Positions 50,799-63,446 of a stretch of DNA of 64,000 bases are shown here, piece after piece (position 1 is the first letter of the stretch; every line of letters begins with the position of its first letter). The notes beneath the pieces were generated by a model. The model saw nothing but the letters and a program-made list of their open reading frames with translations. It ran no database searches and was not told the origin of the DNA. Source of the DNA: Octopus vulgaris. Its lineage: Eukaryota. The DNA lies in the NCBI GenBank assembly GCA_951406725.2, contig OX597824.1:31806001-31870000 (forward strand), given 5' to 3'. The translations under genes were made by a program, and so were the position numbers.

Positions 50799-52633
50799 TC
50801 ATCATCATCATCATCATCATCATTTAGCGTCCGTTTTCCATGCTAGCATGGGTTGGACGGTTTAACTGGGGTCTGTGAAGCCGGAAGGCTTCATCAGGCC
50901 CAGTCAGGATTTGGCAGTGTTTCTACGGCTGGATGCCCTTCCTAACGCCAACCACTCCGCGAGTGTAGTGGGTGTTTTTTACGTGCCACCTGCACAGGTG
51001 CCAGACAGAGCTGGCGAACGGCCACGAACGGATGGTGTTTTTACGTGTCACCGGCACGGGGCCAGGCAATGCTGGCAACGGACACGAACGGATGGTGCTT
51101 TTACGTGCCACCGATACGGGGCCAGACAGAGCTGGCAAACGGCCACGAACGGACGGTGCTTTTATGTGTCACCTGCACGGGGGCCAGCCGAGGCTGGCTA
51201 TGAACACGAACGGATGGTGCTTTTATGTGCCACCGACACGGGGCCAGACAGAGCTGGCAAACGGCCACGAACGGACGGTGCTTTTACGTGTCACCTGCAC
51301 GGGGGCCAGACGAGGCTGGCAACGAACACGAACGGATGGTGCTTTTACGTGCCACGGATACGGGGCCAGACAGAGCTGGCAAACGGCCACGAACGGACGG
51401 TGCTTTTACGTGTCACCGGCATGGGGGCCAGCCGAGGCTGGCAACGGACACGAACGGACGGTGCTTTTATGTGCCACCGACACAGGGCCAGACGGAGCTG
51501 GCAAACGGCCACGAACGGACGGTGCTTTTACGTGTCACCGGCACGGGGCCAGGCGAGGCTGGCAACGAACACGAACGGATGGTGCTTTTACGTGCCACCG
51601 ACACGGGGGCCAGACAGAGCTGGCAAACGGCCACGAGCGAATGGTGCTTTTACGTATCACCGACACGGGTGCCAGACGAGGCTGACAGTGGACACGAACA
51701 GATGGGTCCCTTAACCCCTGCTTTCTGATATATGATTTGATTTTGATTGTTCTCACTGGTCTTGCCGGGTCTTCTGACGCACAGCATACTTCCATAGGTC
51801 TCGGTCTCTGGTCATTTCCTTGGTGAGACCTAGAGTTCGAAGGTCGTGCTTCACCACCTCGACCCAGGTTTTCCTGGGTCTACCTCTTCCACAAGTCCCC
51901 TCAACTGCCAGGGTGTGGCACTTTTTCACACACCTATCTTCATCCATTCTCGCCACATGACCATACCAGTGCAATCGTCTCTCTTGCACACAACATCTGA
52001 TGCCTCTTAGGTCCAACTTTTCTCTGAAGGTACTTACACTCTGTCGACTATGAACACTGACATTACACATCCAACGGAGCATACTAGCTTCATTTCTCGC
52101 GAGCTTACGCATGTCCTCAGCAGTCACGGCCCATGTTTCACTGCCATGTAGTATGGCTGTTCGTACACATGCATCATACAGTCTGCCTTTTACTCTGAGC
52201 GAGAGGCCTTTAGTCACCAACAGAGGTAAGAGCTCCCTAAACTTTGCCCAGGCTATTCTTACTCTAGCTGTTACACTTTCAGCACACCCACCCCCACTAC
52301 TGACTTGGTCACCAAGATAACGGAAGCTATCAACTACTTCTAGTTTTTCCCCCTGGAAAGTGACGGAAGTTGTTTTCTGCAGATTTTCAGAGGTTAATGC
52401 TCCCGAGCATCTGCCACATACAAAAACCATCTTCCTAGTTAGCCTTCCTATGACATTGCTGCACCTCTTATGTGTCCATAGCTTACACTTGGTGCATCTT
52501 ATAGAGTTTCTACCTACACCTTTTCTACAGATCGAGCAGGGCCATCTACCTGAAGGCGTTTGTGATTTGTCTACCTTCCTACTTATTACGACTTTGGTTT
52601 TAGCTAGGTTGACTCTAAGGCCCTTCGATTCTA
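50799..52633 (-). mobile_element. Young 5'-truncated RTE LINE: open ORF2 3' part (52633-51753) plus 3' UTR with about 12 copies of a 60-bp repeat
   Basis: Uninterrupted frame ESKGLRVNLAKTK-[WPCSIC...C..C..WTHKRC...CGRC]-EVVDSFRYLGD...GHVARM...GRGRPRKTW; (CAT)n tail at 50799. Confidence 0.92.
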
Positions 52634-53350
52634 TATAAAATATAAAAATGGGACAAGAACGCAAACATCCAGACAGTTAGGTGATAAAAAAAAGGGACAA
52701 AACATCCAGACAGACAATACAAAGAAAACAAGGACGGGTCATTCAGAGTTTTCTTTCCTCTGTTGAGTTTCAGATTATCTTTGCAATTTCGGCTGGTTAT
52801 ACTCAAGATTACTCCAATCTGGCCAGCTCAAAGGAAAAACTAAGCTAAGAGCATTAGATTCCTTGGAAGAAAGCAGCGAATGTATACAAAAGCAAGGACG
52901 GAAAAAAACGGAGAAATGTCACACCAATACAATTGCAAATAACAGGACATAACAACAGGTGTCTTTCAACTAGGGACGAATCAAATTAAGCTGGCGTGTA
53001 TGGAAGTAAAGTCTTATGGCGGGGACATAAGATTTGACAGGAACAGGGAGGAATATAGATATCACACAGATGGTAGTCGAGCCAAGAAAGAAAGGTCAGG
53101 CTTGCCCGAAACCTGGTCAGGCGGGGAGAGAAGAGAGAGAGATAGAAGAATTAAGGAGGGGCGTGAAAAAATGAAAGGGACTCAGTGAAGTGAAAGAGAA
53201 GGGAAAGTGAGCATGAAGGGAAGGCCAGGAAATGTGAGAGAGGGGGAATGAAAAAACAAAGAGTGGAATGAATGAAGTAAGTGTGAAAGAGCTGATAGAG
53301 AGAAGGAAAGAATGAAAGAATAGAAAGAATAATAGAGTTATACAAAATTT
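52633..53350 (-). mobile_element. Unclassified, probably Penelope-associated repeat; its terminus recurs at 54068-54125
   Basis: aaaaatgggacaagaa.gcaaaca.ccagacagttaggtgata is present twice, near AT-rich or (TA)n sequence. Confidence 0.4.
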
Positions 53351-53362
53351 ACCTCTGGAAGT

Positions 53363-53930
53363 GTGCTGTGCGCGAGAAGACCCGGCAGGACAAGTGAGTC
53401 CATAACCCGTGGCCTTCTACATGGGATGGAGCCAGCCTACGTATGCATACCTTCCCTTCTTGGGACACAAAACTCTACTTGTGAAGACCTGTTGAGGCAA
53501 GTGAGGATCAGAATCGAAATCGATCAATGGAAATTGCAGATGTGTTACCAGTGCCGGTGGCATGTAAGAGAACCTTCCGTTTCGCGACCGTTGCCAGCTC
53601 CGCCCCAACTGGCCTCGTGCCGGTGGCACGTAAAAAGCACCATCCGTTCGTGTCCGTTGCCAGCCTCGCCTGGCCCTCGTGCCAGTGGCACATAAAAAGC
53701 ACCATCCGTTCGTGGCCGTTCGCCAGCTCTGTCTGGCACCTGTGCGGGTGCATGTAAAAAGCACCCACTACACTCATGGAGTGGTTGGCGTTAGGAAGGG
53801 CATCCAGCCGTAGAAACACTGCCAGATTTGACTGGGCCTGATGAAGCCTTCTGGCTTCACAGACCCCAGTAGAACCGTCCAACCCATGCTAGCATGGAAA
53901 ACGGACGCTAAACGATGATGATGATGATGA

Positions 53931-53935
<5 letters not shown>
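53363..53935 (+). mobile_element. RTE 3' end
   Basis: End of ORF2, hairpin repeats and (GAT)n tail. Confidence 0.9.
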
Positions 53936-53976
<41 letters not shown>

Positions 53977-53980
53977 TTAC

Positions 53981-54011
<31 letters not shown>

Positions 54012-54336
54012 CTTACATATAAGAGAAGAAAGTGTACGTATGCCGCTATATTTTTATATATAACAAATACAAAAATGGGACAAGAATGCAAACAACCAGA
54101 CAGTTAGGTGATACAAAAAAAGAGACATATATATATATATATTTGAAACCTCCATACTTCCTGAAATTGACCAACACTACACCTGATATCCCCCTCACTC
54201 CATATGCATGAACATATGTATGTCATGACTCATACACTGTTCACTTTCCTGATTTTGTACATAATCCTATGTACTATACATGCACCTTCAATGAGTTGTA
54301 GTGCACCCAAGCACTATACACAATAATTTCATTATA

Positions 54337-55031
54337 GAGACATTTGCGCTGGTATGGTCATGTAACGAGAATGGATGAATATAGTTGTGTGAAAAAGTGC
54401 CACATCCTAGCGGTTGAGAGAACCTGTGGAAGAGGTAGACCCAGGAAAACCTGGGACGAGGTGGTGAAGCATGACCTTCGAACTTTAGGTCTCACCGAGG
54501 AAATGACCAGAGACTGAGACCTTTGGAAGTATGCTGTGCGTCAGAAGACCCGGCAGGACAAGTGAGACCATAACCCGTGGCCTCTACCTGGGATGTAGCC
54601 AGTTCACATATGCATACCTTTCCTTCTTGGGACACAAACCCTACTTGTGAAGACCTGTTGAGGCAAGTGAAAATCAAAATCGAATTTCGATCAACATCAA
54701 TGGAAATTGTAGCTGTGATACCAGTGCCGGTGGCACATAAGAGGTCCATCCAATTGTGGCCGTTGCCAGCCTCGTCTGGCCCCCGTGCCGGAGGCAAGTA
54801 AAACATACCATCCGATCATGACCGTTTGCCAGCCTTGTCTAGCACCTGTGCAGGTGGCATGTAAAAAGCACCCACTACACTCACGGAGTGGTTAGCGTTG
54901 GGAAGGGCATCCAGCTGTAGAAACACTGCCAGATCAGATTGGGCCTGGCACAGCCTTCTGACTTCCCAGACCCCAGTTGAACCGTCCAACCCATGCTAGC
55001 ATGGAAAACGGACGTTAAACGATGATGATGA
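54337..55031 (+). mobile_element. RTE 3' end
   Basis: WYGHVTRMDE...GRGRPRKTWDEVVKHD, then UTR and (GAT)n tail. Confidence 0.9.
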
Positions 55032-55219
55032 TATATATATATATATATTTATATATATAAATTATATATATTTATATGAATTAGAGATAAAACCACTACT
55101 ACGCAACTCAACCAGTGATAGACATAAACCAATACATAAATAACAAATATATATTATAAGACATATAACTTATAACTAGATCTCAAAAAGTATAAAAATA
55201 TAATATAATAATTATTATA

Positions 55220-55406
55220 TTAGCGGTATTTCGTCTGCCGCTACGTTCTGAGTTCAAATTCCGCCGAGGTCGACTTTGCCTTTCATCCTTTCGGGGTCGA
55301 TTAAATAAGTACCAGTTACGCACTGGGGTCGATATAATTGACTTAATCCCTTTGCCTGTCCTTGTTTGTCCCTTCTATGTTTAGCCCCCTGTAGACAATA
55401 AAGAAA
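55220..55406 (+). mobile_element. SINE family B (5'-truncated)
   Basis: Family B body and tail. Confidence 0.85.
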
Positions 55407-55624
55407 TATATACACCATAACGTAGGGTTGCCTAGTTCACTAAAGCATGAAATTAGCTTTTTTGTCTTATTTATCTGTCTTTCAAAGCTCTTATTGCACT
55501 GGTAGTTCCAATATCTACTGTTAGACATTGTTGTGATTTCCACAATTGTTTTAAATTCAGATTTATTTACATCTGTTTATCGTTTAGATTCTCTCATTTA
55601 CATTCATTTGTAACTTTTGCCCCC

Positions 55625-56190
55625 ATGCCACCTAAGAAAAGTTCTGGTGAAAGTGCTAAGCATCATGCTACAACACTAGAAGATAAGTTGGTGGTTATAA
55701 AGCATCATAACAAAGGTGAAAAAGTTGTGGCGATTGCATGGTCTTTTGGGGTGAGTCAGACAACTGTATCAATGATTGTGCATAATGAGGAGAAGATTTT
55801 AACATATATCACATCTGAAGCACCAGGAATGAAGAACACTGTAATCAACGTCTTTGAAGAAATGGAAAGTCTTCTATCTATTTGGATTGTTAGGCAGAAT
55901 TGTACGAATGCTACTCTTAGTCAAGAAATCGTTCAGGAGAAATCATTGTTTTTGAGGACCTGAAAGAAAAATATCCAGATGAGAAAGATGTAGAGCTCAA
56001 GGTAAGTCAAAGATGGTTTATGAGATTTAAAAACCGGAGAAGTTATCACTTCCTTAAAAAGCAAGGTGAAAGCGCATTAGCTGAATAACACGCAGCAGTG
56101 GAATTTCCTTCGACATTGTAGAAGATCATCAAAGAAAACGACCAGCAAAATGTAGAAGAATAAGAGAAAGTCGAACCTGAGCCACACCAC
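55625..56190 (+). mobile_element. Tigger-like transposase N-terminal remnant
   Basis: TTLEDKLVVIKHHNKGEKVVAIA...SQTTVS; MESLLSIWI; KVSQRWFMRFK; GESA. Confidence 0.75.
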
Positions 56191-56513
56191 TATGTATGTA
56201 TGTATGTATGTATGTATGTATGTATGTATGAATGTATGAATGTATGTGTGTATGTATGTATGTCTGTATGTCTGTATGTATGTATGTCTGTCTATCTGTC
56301 TGTCTGTATGTATGTATGTATGCATGTATGTATGTGTATATGTTTGTGCGTATGTGTTTGTCCCCCCCCCCCCCCAACATCACTTGAGAACCGATGGTGG
56401 TGTGTTTGCATTCCCGTAACTTGGCGGTTCAGCAAGGAATACCGATAGAATAAGTACTAGGCTTACAAAGTCCTGGGGTCAATTTGCTCGACTAAGTAAA
56501 AGAGTAAAGAGAG

Positions 56514-56565
<52 letters not shown>

Positions 56566-56569
<4 letters not shown>

Positions 56570-56760
56570 ATCCAAACAAGAAAGCACAAAAAAACACAAC
56601 AACGCAAGGACGTGGAACAAATATAGTATTATTGGACACTCAGGAAAGAAGGAGGGTTTAATGTTTCGAGTGGAGCTCTTCGTCAGAAACATAGGAGAAG
56701 GAAAGATCCAGAGAAGGGAAGAAAGAGGGAAAAAAATCGCCAACGGTACACATGAGGTCA
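56566..56760 (-). mobile_element. ~200-bp hammerhead-motif element (family H) between (TA)n tracts
   Basis: Minus strand: gttt-CTGACGA-a-gagc tcc actc-GAAA-catt-aaac (56656-56690). Confidence 0.7.
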
Positions 56761-57579
56761 TATATATATATATATATTTTGGTATGTTGATGCAAACAGG
56801 AAAAACAGAATTCAAAATATATGTATACGTATATTTTTATTAATATTTAGTTGCAGTAACGCAGTGACTCAAGGTCAGAGAGTTTCGTGCAGAACCAATC
56901 CCACTGCGTTGCACATTGAACTAGTTTCTTTTTCTGTGTACAATCATTCACAATGTGGCTCCTTAAACCAAATCATCACCTTTCTGTGGACTCGCTGACC
57001 CCACCACCACCAACGAAAACAAAATAAAAGAAAGCGTTAAATACTTTAATATGTATTCTCCTTAAATTTAATCTAAGTGTTATGGGGTTAATTTGGTTTC
57101 TTTTGGCGTTATGACATCTATTCGCTGACACTTGAGTTATAAATAGAGAGAGAGACAATAGGCTGACTGTAAGTCATCAGTGACGTTCATCCGTTTATAA
57201 GTGATCCACCCATGTTGAATTTACTTCCAGCATTTCAGCGAACAAAGACAATATGCAAACAAATACAGAATCTCAGTGACACACTCTCTTTCCCTTACTT
57301 TCTGTTTCTCCATACGTGCATGTACACACTTTGCCCATAGAGTTGTTAGCACACCAGGCAAAATGCTTAGCGGTCCTTCGTTCGCCTTATACATTCTGAG
57401 TTCTAATGTCACCGAGGTTGATTTTGCCTTTCATCATTTCAGGGTCGATAAAATAAGTAGCAATTGATCACTGAGATCGATGTAATCGACTCCCTTGCTT
57501 TCTTGATATTGCTGGCCTTGTGTCAGTTTTAAACCAATACAAGTACAAGACTACACAGTAATAAATTTGAGGGTTTATC

Positions 57580-58053
57580 GAAATCAAATTCGATGACTGG
57601 CATCCGTGCCAGTGGAGCGCTAAGAACACCATCCAAGCGTGATTGTTGCCAGAACAACAAACTGGCTTCTGTGCTGGTGTCACGTAAAAAGCACTATTCG
57701 AGCGTGATCGTTACCTGCGTCACCTTACAGGCACTTGTGCTGGTGGCACATGAAAAAACATTCGAGCAAGATCGTTGACAGTGCCGCTGAATTGGCTCCT
57801 GTGCAGGTGGCACATAAAAAGCAACATTTGAGTGTGGCCATTGCCAGTACCGCCTGACTGGCCCTCGTGCCGGTGGCGCATAAAAGCACTCACTACACTC
57901 TCGAAGTGGTTGGTGCTAGGAAGGTCATCCAGCTGTAGAAACTCTGCCAGATCAAGACTGGAGCCTAGTGCAGCCATCTGGTTCGCCACTCCTCAGTCAA
58001 ACCATCCAACCCATGCTAGCATGGAAAGCAGACGTTAAACGATGATGATGATG

Positions 58054-58055
<2 letters not shown>
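57580..58055 (+). mobile_element. RTE 3' UTR with hairpin repeats
   Basis: Same layout as 13780-14250. Confidence 0.8.
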
Positions 58056-58084
<29 letters not shown>

Positions 58085-58118
58085 TATATATACATATGTA
58101 TGTATATATATGTGTATG

Positions 58119-58149
<31 letters not shown>

Positions 58150-58167
58150 CATCATATATATATATAA

Positions 58168-58560
58168 TCATCATCATCATCGTTTAACGTCTGTTTTCCA
58201 TGCTGGCATGGGTTGGATGGTTCAACTGGGATCCGGGAAGCCAGGAGGCTGCAACGGGCTCCAGTCTGATCTGGCAGTGTTTCTATAGCTGGATGCTCTC
58301 CCTAACACCAACCACTCCTAGAGTGTAGTGGGTGCTCTTTTACGTGCCACTGGCACAGGGGCCAGAGTCTGGCATCAACCACAATCAGATGGTACTTTTC
58401 ATGTGCCACTGGCACGGAAGCCAGTCATGGCAGTGCTGGCATTGGCCACATTCGGTTAGTACTTTTTATGTGCCACTGGCACAGGGATCACGACTACAGT
58501 TTCCAATTGAATGTGATTTGATTTGATTTTGATGTACATGACTCAATAGGTCTCCTCAAG
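58168..58560 (-). mobile_element. RTE 3' UTR, tail-to-tail with 57580-58055
   Basis: (CAT)n plus the reverse-complemented tail. Confidence 0.8.
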
Positions 58561-60286
58561 CCTGTGTGTGTCTGCTTCTGTCTTTAGATGTGTGTGTGTG
58601 TGTCAGTCGTCACAAAAATGTACGTAAACTGTACTGACAGACACATACACCGTCACACACATATACTTGTCAGTCATTGGCCTAACATAGGTAACAAACA
58701 CACAAACACACTTATATAGAAAATTTGACATCATCGTCGTTGTGGTAGTGGTGGTAAAAGATGTCATTTATGAAAGGTGACTAAAAGAAAAATTATAAAC
58801 TTTTGTAATGCAAATATGTGAATGAAAATATGGTTTAGTTGGTAGCCAAAAGCTTACTGAATCTTTTGACACGCCATCTGTCAAAATTGGCAATTCTGTT
58901 TTGGAATGCCTAAGGGACATACACACACACATACACACACACACAAACTCTCTTTCATATATATATATATATATATATATATGTACTAGCAATGCATCTC
59001 GGCATTGCCGAGGTGGTTTGATCTACAGGCACATTGTATTATTCGCTCCTTTCTTATGAGCAGAATCAGCACCACTGATATATGTTAATGGCATAACGGA
59101 AGTTATTGTTTATTTAAAAGTGAAGGGGGAGGGCACAATTTGTATGAGTTTGCATGAAAGTGCTTTCTGTTCTTAAGAAGGATCACAAACTATGTATTGT
59201 TTCATTGTATAAAAGAGGGATTAATACAATTTTGTCCATAAATCAAGTTTGCAAAATTTTAATTTCCCCCCTTCCTCACTGCAATTTCTTCATTTGCAAC
59301 ATTTTTGAATTTTTTTTTATCTAATTTTTTTATCTATAGAAATATACAGACATTACAAATCTGGGAAATACATATATTTCTTATAGTTTAATTTTTCTTA
59401 AAGAAACACTCAATACACCTTCTCCCACCTCTCCCACCCATCACCTTCTTGCTTTCACTTTTGTCTGATGTTTCCCGCATGTGTAGAATTCTACTGAATT
59501 AGCAAACTTAAAAAATACCAGGCCACTGCCAGAAAACCCGACATGCTAGAAGTAACAGGACAACATTATTCCTGAAGAAGCATTTTGAAAGTGGTGAGGT
59601 GATGGGTAAAATTCTCAAAGATTTGTACTCTTTGTTTTTCCTCCATGGATTACCATGAAAAAAATATTTGAAAAAAGGAAAAAATGAATTTGGTGTGGAG
59701 AGGGAGAAAATCAAAATATTGAGAACGTATTTTGTGGGTGAAATCCTAATGTCCTGTAACGCAAACTTAGAATCGGAAGAAATTTAGTAAAAAATATAAG
59801 GCGAGGGAGCAGAAATGTCACTTCGGACATGCTAGAAAGAAGAGGTAAAGATCAGGATTTCTGGGAAAACTTTCTTTTAAGTTTGTATCGAAGACCAGGT
59901 TTTTAAATACACTCATCACAAACACAAATTAAACAATAGAAAAAGATCATTTCAATTGGATTTGAGCTTTAAATTTGCTTGTGCACACTGAAAGAAATAA
60001 CATAATTCACACAGAAGTTTTACCTAGTGTGTGTGTGTGTGTGTGCATGTGTGTGTGCATGTGTGTGTGTGTGTGTGTCAAAGGAAGTTATTTTATGGCA
60101 TTCTTTCATTTGAAGAAGCAAAGTTGTCAACTCAATATATATGGAATATATTTTGTTAATTTCTGTAAAATTCTTTTAATTTCTTTATGCTTTGAAGAGA
60201 GCAGAAATTGAGAGGATAAAGTGAAAAGGCAACATTTGCTTTGAAGTGAGAGGAGAAAGTGAAAGATGTATGTGTATATGAAATGG

Positions 60287-60333
<47 letters not shown>

Positions 60334-60717
60334 TGAGTGAGTGAGTGAGTGAGTGAGTGAGTGAGTGAGTGAGTGGGTGAAAGTGTATGTTATGATGTAT
60401 GAATTTCTTGCATGTATGTGTAAGTATCACTCACTCGTTCTCTCTCTCTCACATACACACTCACACATCTTTCATATACACATACATAAATAGGCGGAGG
60501 TAAAGAATTTGTACACCTCACATTTTTAGCGTAACCCTAACCCTAAACACCACGTGTGCATATTCTTTACCTTCGCCCGTAAATACATAAGCATACAACT
60601 TTTTTGTGCATGAGAGAGAGAGAGAGCGACTGTATTTCCTCATAACATACAGAGAAATTGATGTCATTTAATGCAATTTTTTTATTGTGGCTTATTTTAA
60701 TACAATATTTATGTGTA

Positions 60718-61575
60718 CGAGGGGCATTCAATAAGTAATGCCCCTGACCCACTTCCCATAGCAGTAGAACAACGACACTTGGCACAGTTATTAGTCTTTT
60801 CCTACATAGGAACTACTCAGAGTTATGCATTTCTCCCATCGTTTGATACAGCTCTGGAGACCGTTTTTGTAGAAGACCCCAGCTTGGTCCTCCAACCACG
60901 ACATGACTTCAGAAATCAAGGCTGCATCATCTGGGAAACGCTTTCCTTTCAAAATCAACTTCATGGCTGGGAAGAGGTGAAAATCAGAGGGTGCAAGGGG
61001 AGGAGTTCATAGCTGCACGCCTGTGCTTCTGATCTGGCGACACGCGAGTTGTGGACCGGAGCGTTGTCCTGCAGGAGGAGGATGCCTTTGCTGATCTTGC
61101 CCCGCCTCTTGATTTTGATAGCTTCTCTTAATTTCCTCAAAAGTGAAGCATAATAGGCTCCTGTAATTGTGGTACACTTTGCCAGGAAATCTGTCATCAC
61201 TACTCCGTCCTGGTCCCAGAAGACTGTGAGCATAACCTTGTCAGCGGAGGGCTGCACCCTTGCCTTCTTTGGAGGAGGTGAGTCACGGTGCTTTCCCTGC
61301 ATTGACTGGGCTTTGGTCTATGGATCATAGTGATGGACCCAGGTTTTATCCTGTGTGATCAGTCTTTTGAAAAATTTTGACTCATCTTCTTGGCACATCT
61401 CCAAATTCATCCTCGAGCACTCAATGCGTTCTTGCTTCTGGAAAGGTGTGAGCAACCTGGAAATCCATCTGGCAGACACCTTTTGCATATGCAAATGGTC
61501 ATGAATGATAGTTTCCACAGACCCAGTACTAATCTTGACCTTATGGGCTATTTGGCGAATAGTTATGCGTTGACC
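60718..61575 (-). mobile_element. mariner transposon, 3' part
   Basis: End ta-cgaggggcattcaataagtaatg; KVSARWISRLLT; LITQDKTWVHHYDP; KVMLTVFWD; LLQDNAPVH. Confidence 0.9.
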
Positions 61576-61896
61576 TTCCTTTTTGGTTGTAAAAAAGAGC
61601 TGTTGAGTGAAAAGCAGTTTATTTGGTAGATAGATAATAAGCAGCGGCTATGTTTCATTATAACTCTGAAAGTTGTCAATGAATTGTCATCCGGATCAGC
61701 TGTTTTGTTCCTTAATATTAGTAAAAACATTTTATTTATTTACTTTTGTTTTAGAGTGAAAGAGAGGAGAAAGTGAAAAATGTATGAACATGTATATGAA
61801 AGGGATATGTGTGTGTGTGTCAGAGAGAGCGAGAGAGAGAGAGAGAGAGTGAAAGAGTGCCACTTACACATACATGAGAACACACGTTCACTCACC

Positions 61897-61930
<34 letters not shown>

Positions 61931-62319
61931 TACACACACATGCACATATACATACAAAAAAGATGTATGCATATATATTGATGTATGCACTCTCTCTCTC
62001 TCTCTCTCTCTTTCTGACACACACACACACACGTACACACGTCCCTTTCATATATACTGTAATTAATTAATAAATAGATGCCAATGAATGTTTACTGGCT
62101 GATGTTTATTGATTGATTATCCTCTCCATTTTCATATTTGCCTTATAAATTCTGGGTAAATTTCTGCTTAACCCCCACTCATACCTATTATTCAATTGCA
62201 CTACTGCCCTGCAACAGCAAGCACTTGCATATGAATACATAGGTATACATCCAGTAGTATATTGGATATTTATTATCCCTTAGATGGTTGTTTAACCTCT
62301 AACTCATATAGACATATAT

Positions 62320-62538
62320 ATGTATGTATATATTTGTGTCTGTATTTGTCCCCCACCATCACTTGACAACCTATGTTGGTGTGTTAACATCCCCATAACT
62401 TAGTGTTTTGGCAAAAGAGACCAACAGAATAAGTACTAAGCTTACAAAGAATAAGTCCTGGGATTGATTTGTTCGACTAATGGCGGTACTCTAGGATGGC
62501 CACAGTCAAATGACTGATACAAGTAAAAGAATAAAAGA

Positions 62539-62540
<2 letters not shown>
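62320..62540 (+). mobile_element. SINE family A, 3' half
   Basis: Family A 3' pattern. Confidence 0.8.
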
Positions 62541-62636
<96 letters not shown>

Positions 62637-62681
62637 ATATATACAAGCAAAACGCCCCTCCCCCCATTTTATATATATTCA

Positions 62682-62893
62682 ACATGTGACCGCGTGTGTA
62701 TCGTTGGCGATTTATTTTCCTGCATCTTCCCTTCCTTGAATCTTTCCTTTTTCTATGTTTCTGATGAAGAGCTCTGCTCGAAACATTAAATTCTCCTTCT
62801 TTCTTTCCTTTCCTGAGCGTCCAATAACTCTATACTTGTTCCATGTCCTCACGTTGTTGTATTTTCTCTTTGTGTTTTCATGTTTGGTTTAAC
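62682..62893 (+). mobile_element. ~200-bp hammerhead-motif element (family H)
   Basis: gttt-CTGATGA-a-gagc tct gctc-GAAA-catt-aaat at 62757-62791. Confidence 0.7.
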
Positions 62894-63348
62894 TGTGGTA
62901 CCAGTGCCGGTGGCACACAAGAAAATCATCCGAACGTGGCCGTAGCCAGTACCGCATAGACTGGCCTCCGTGCTTTGGGGACGTAACAAACACCATCCGA
63001 TCGTGGCCGTCCGCCAGCCTCATCTGGCACCTGTGTCGGTGGCACATAAAAACACCATCCGAGCGTGGCCGTCTGCCAGCCTCGTCTGGCACCTGTGTCG
63101 GTGGCACATAAAAACACCATCCGAGCGTGGCCGTTCGCCAGCCTCGTCTGGCACCTGTGTCGGTGGCACATAAAATCACCCACTACACTCTCGGAGTGGT
63201 TGGCGTTAGGAAGGGCATCCAGCTGTAGAAACACTGCCAGATCTGACTGGCCTGGTGCAGCCTTCGGGCTCCCCAGACCCCAGTTGAACCGTCCAACCCA
63301 TGCTAGCATGGAAAACGGACGCTAAATGATGATGATGATGATGATGAT
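62894..63348 (+). mobile_element. RTE 3' UTR with about 5 hairpin repeats
   Basis: 61-bp repeats, conserved tail and (GAT)n. Confidence 0.85.
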
Positions 63349-63446
63349 ATGGATAAGTTGGAAATTTGTACAGTTTTGAAATATGAGTTCTTTCTTGGAA
63401 ATACAGCATCACAGACAGCTCAGAATATTAATGGAGTATTTCATTC

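Noticed and set aside
50975-51705. CRISPR-like array, or the long ORFs 50875-51714 and 50972-51685
   Set aside because: Units are contiguous with no unique spacers and there are no cas genes; the ORFs arise from a stop-poor minisatellite in an RTE 3' UTR
58985-59950. Possible Helitron/Helentron-like element starting actagc...ctcggcattgccgag
   Set aside because: Only a terminal hairpin is visible; I could not define the other end
60531-60548. Telomeric repeat (taaccc)
   Set aside because: Only 2-3 units; not an interstitial telomere block
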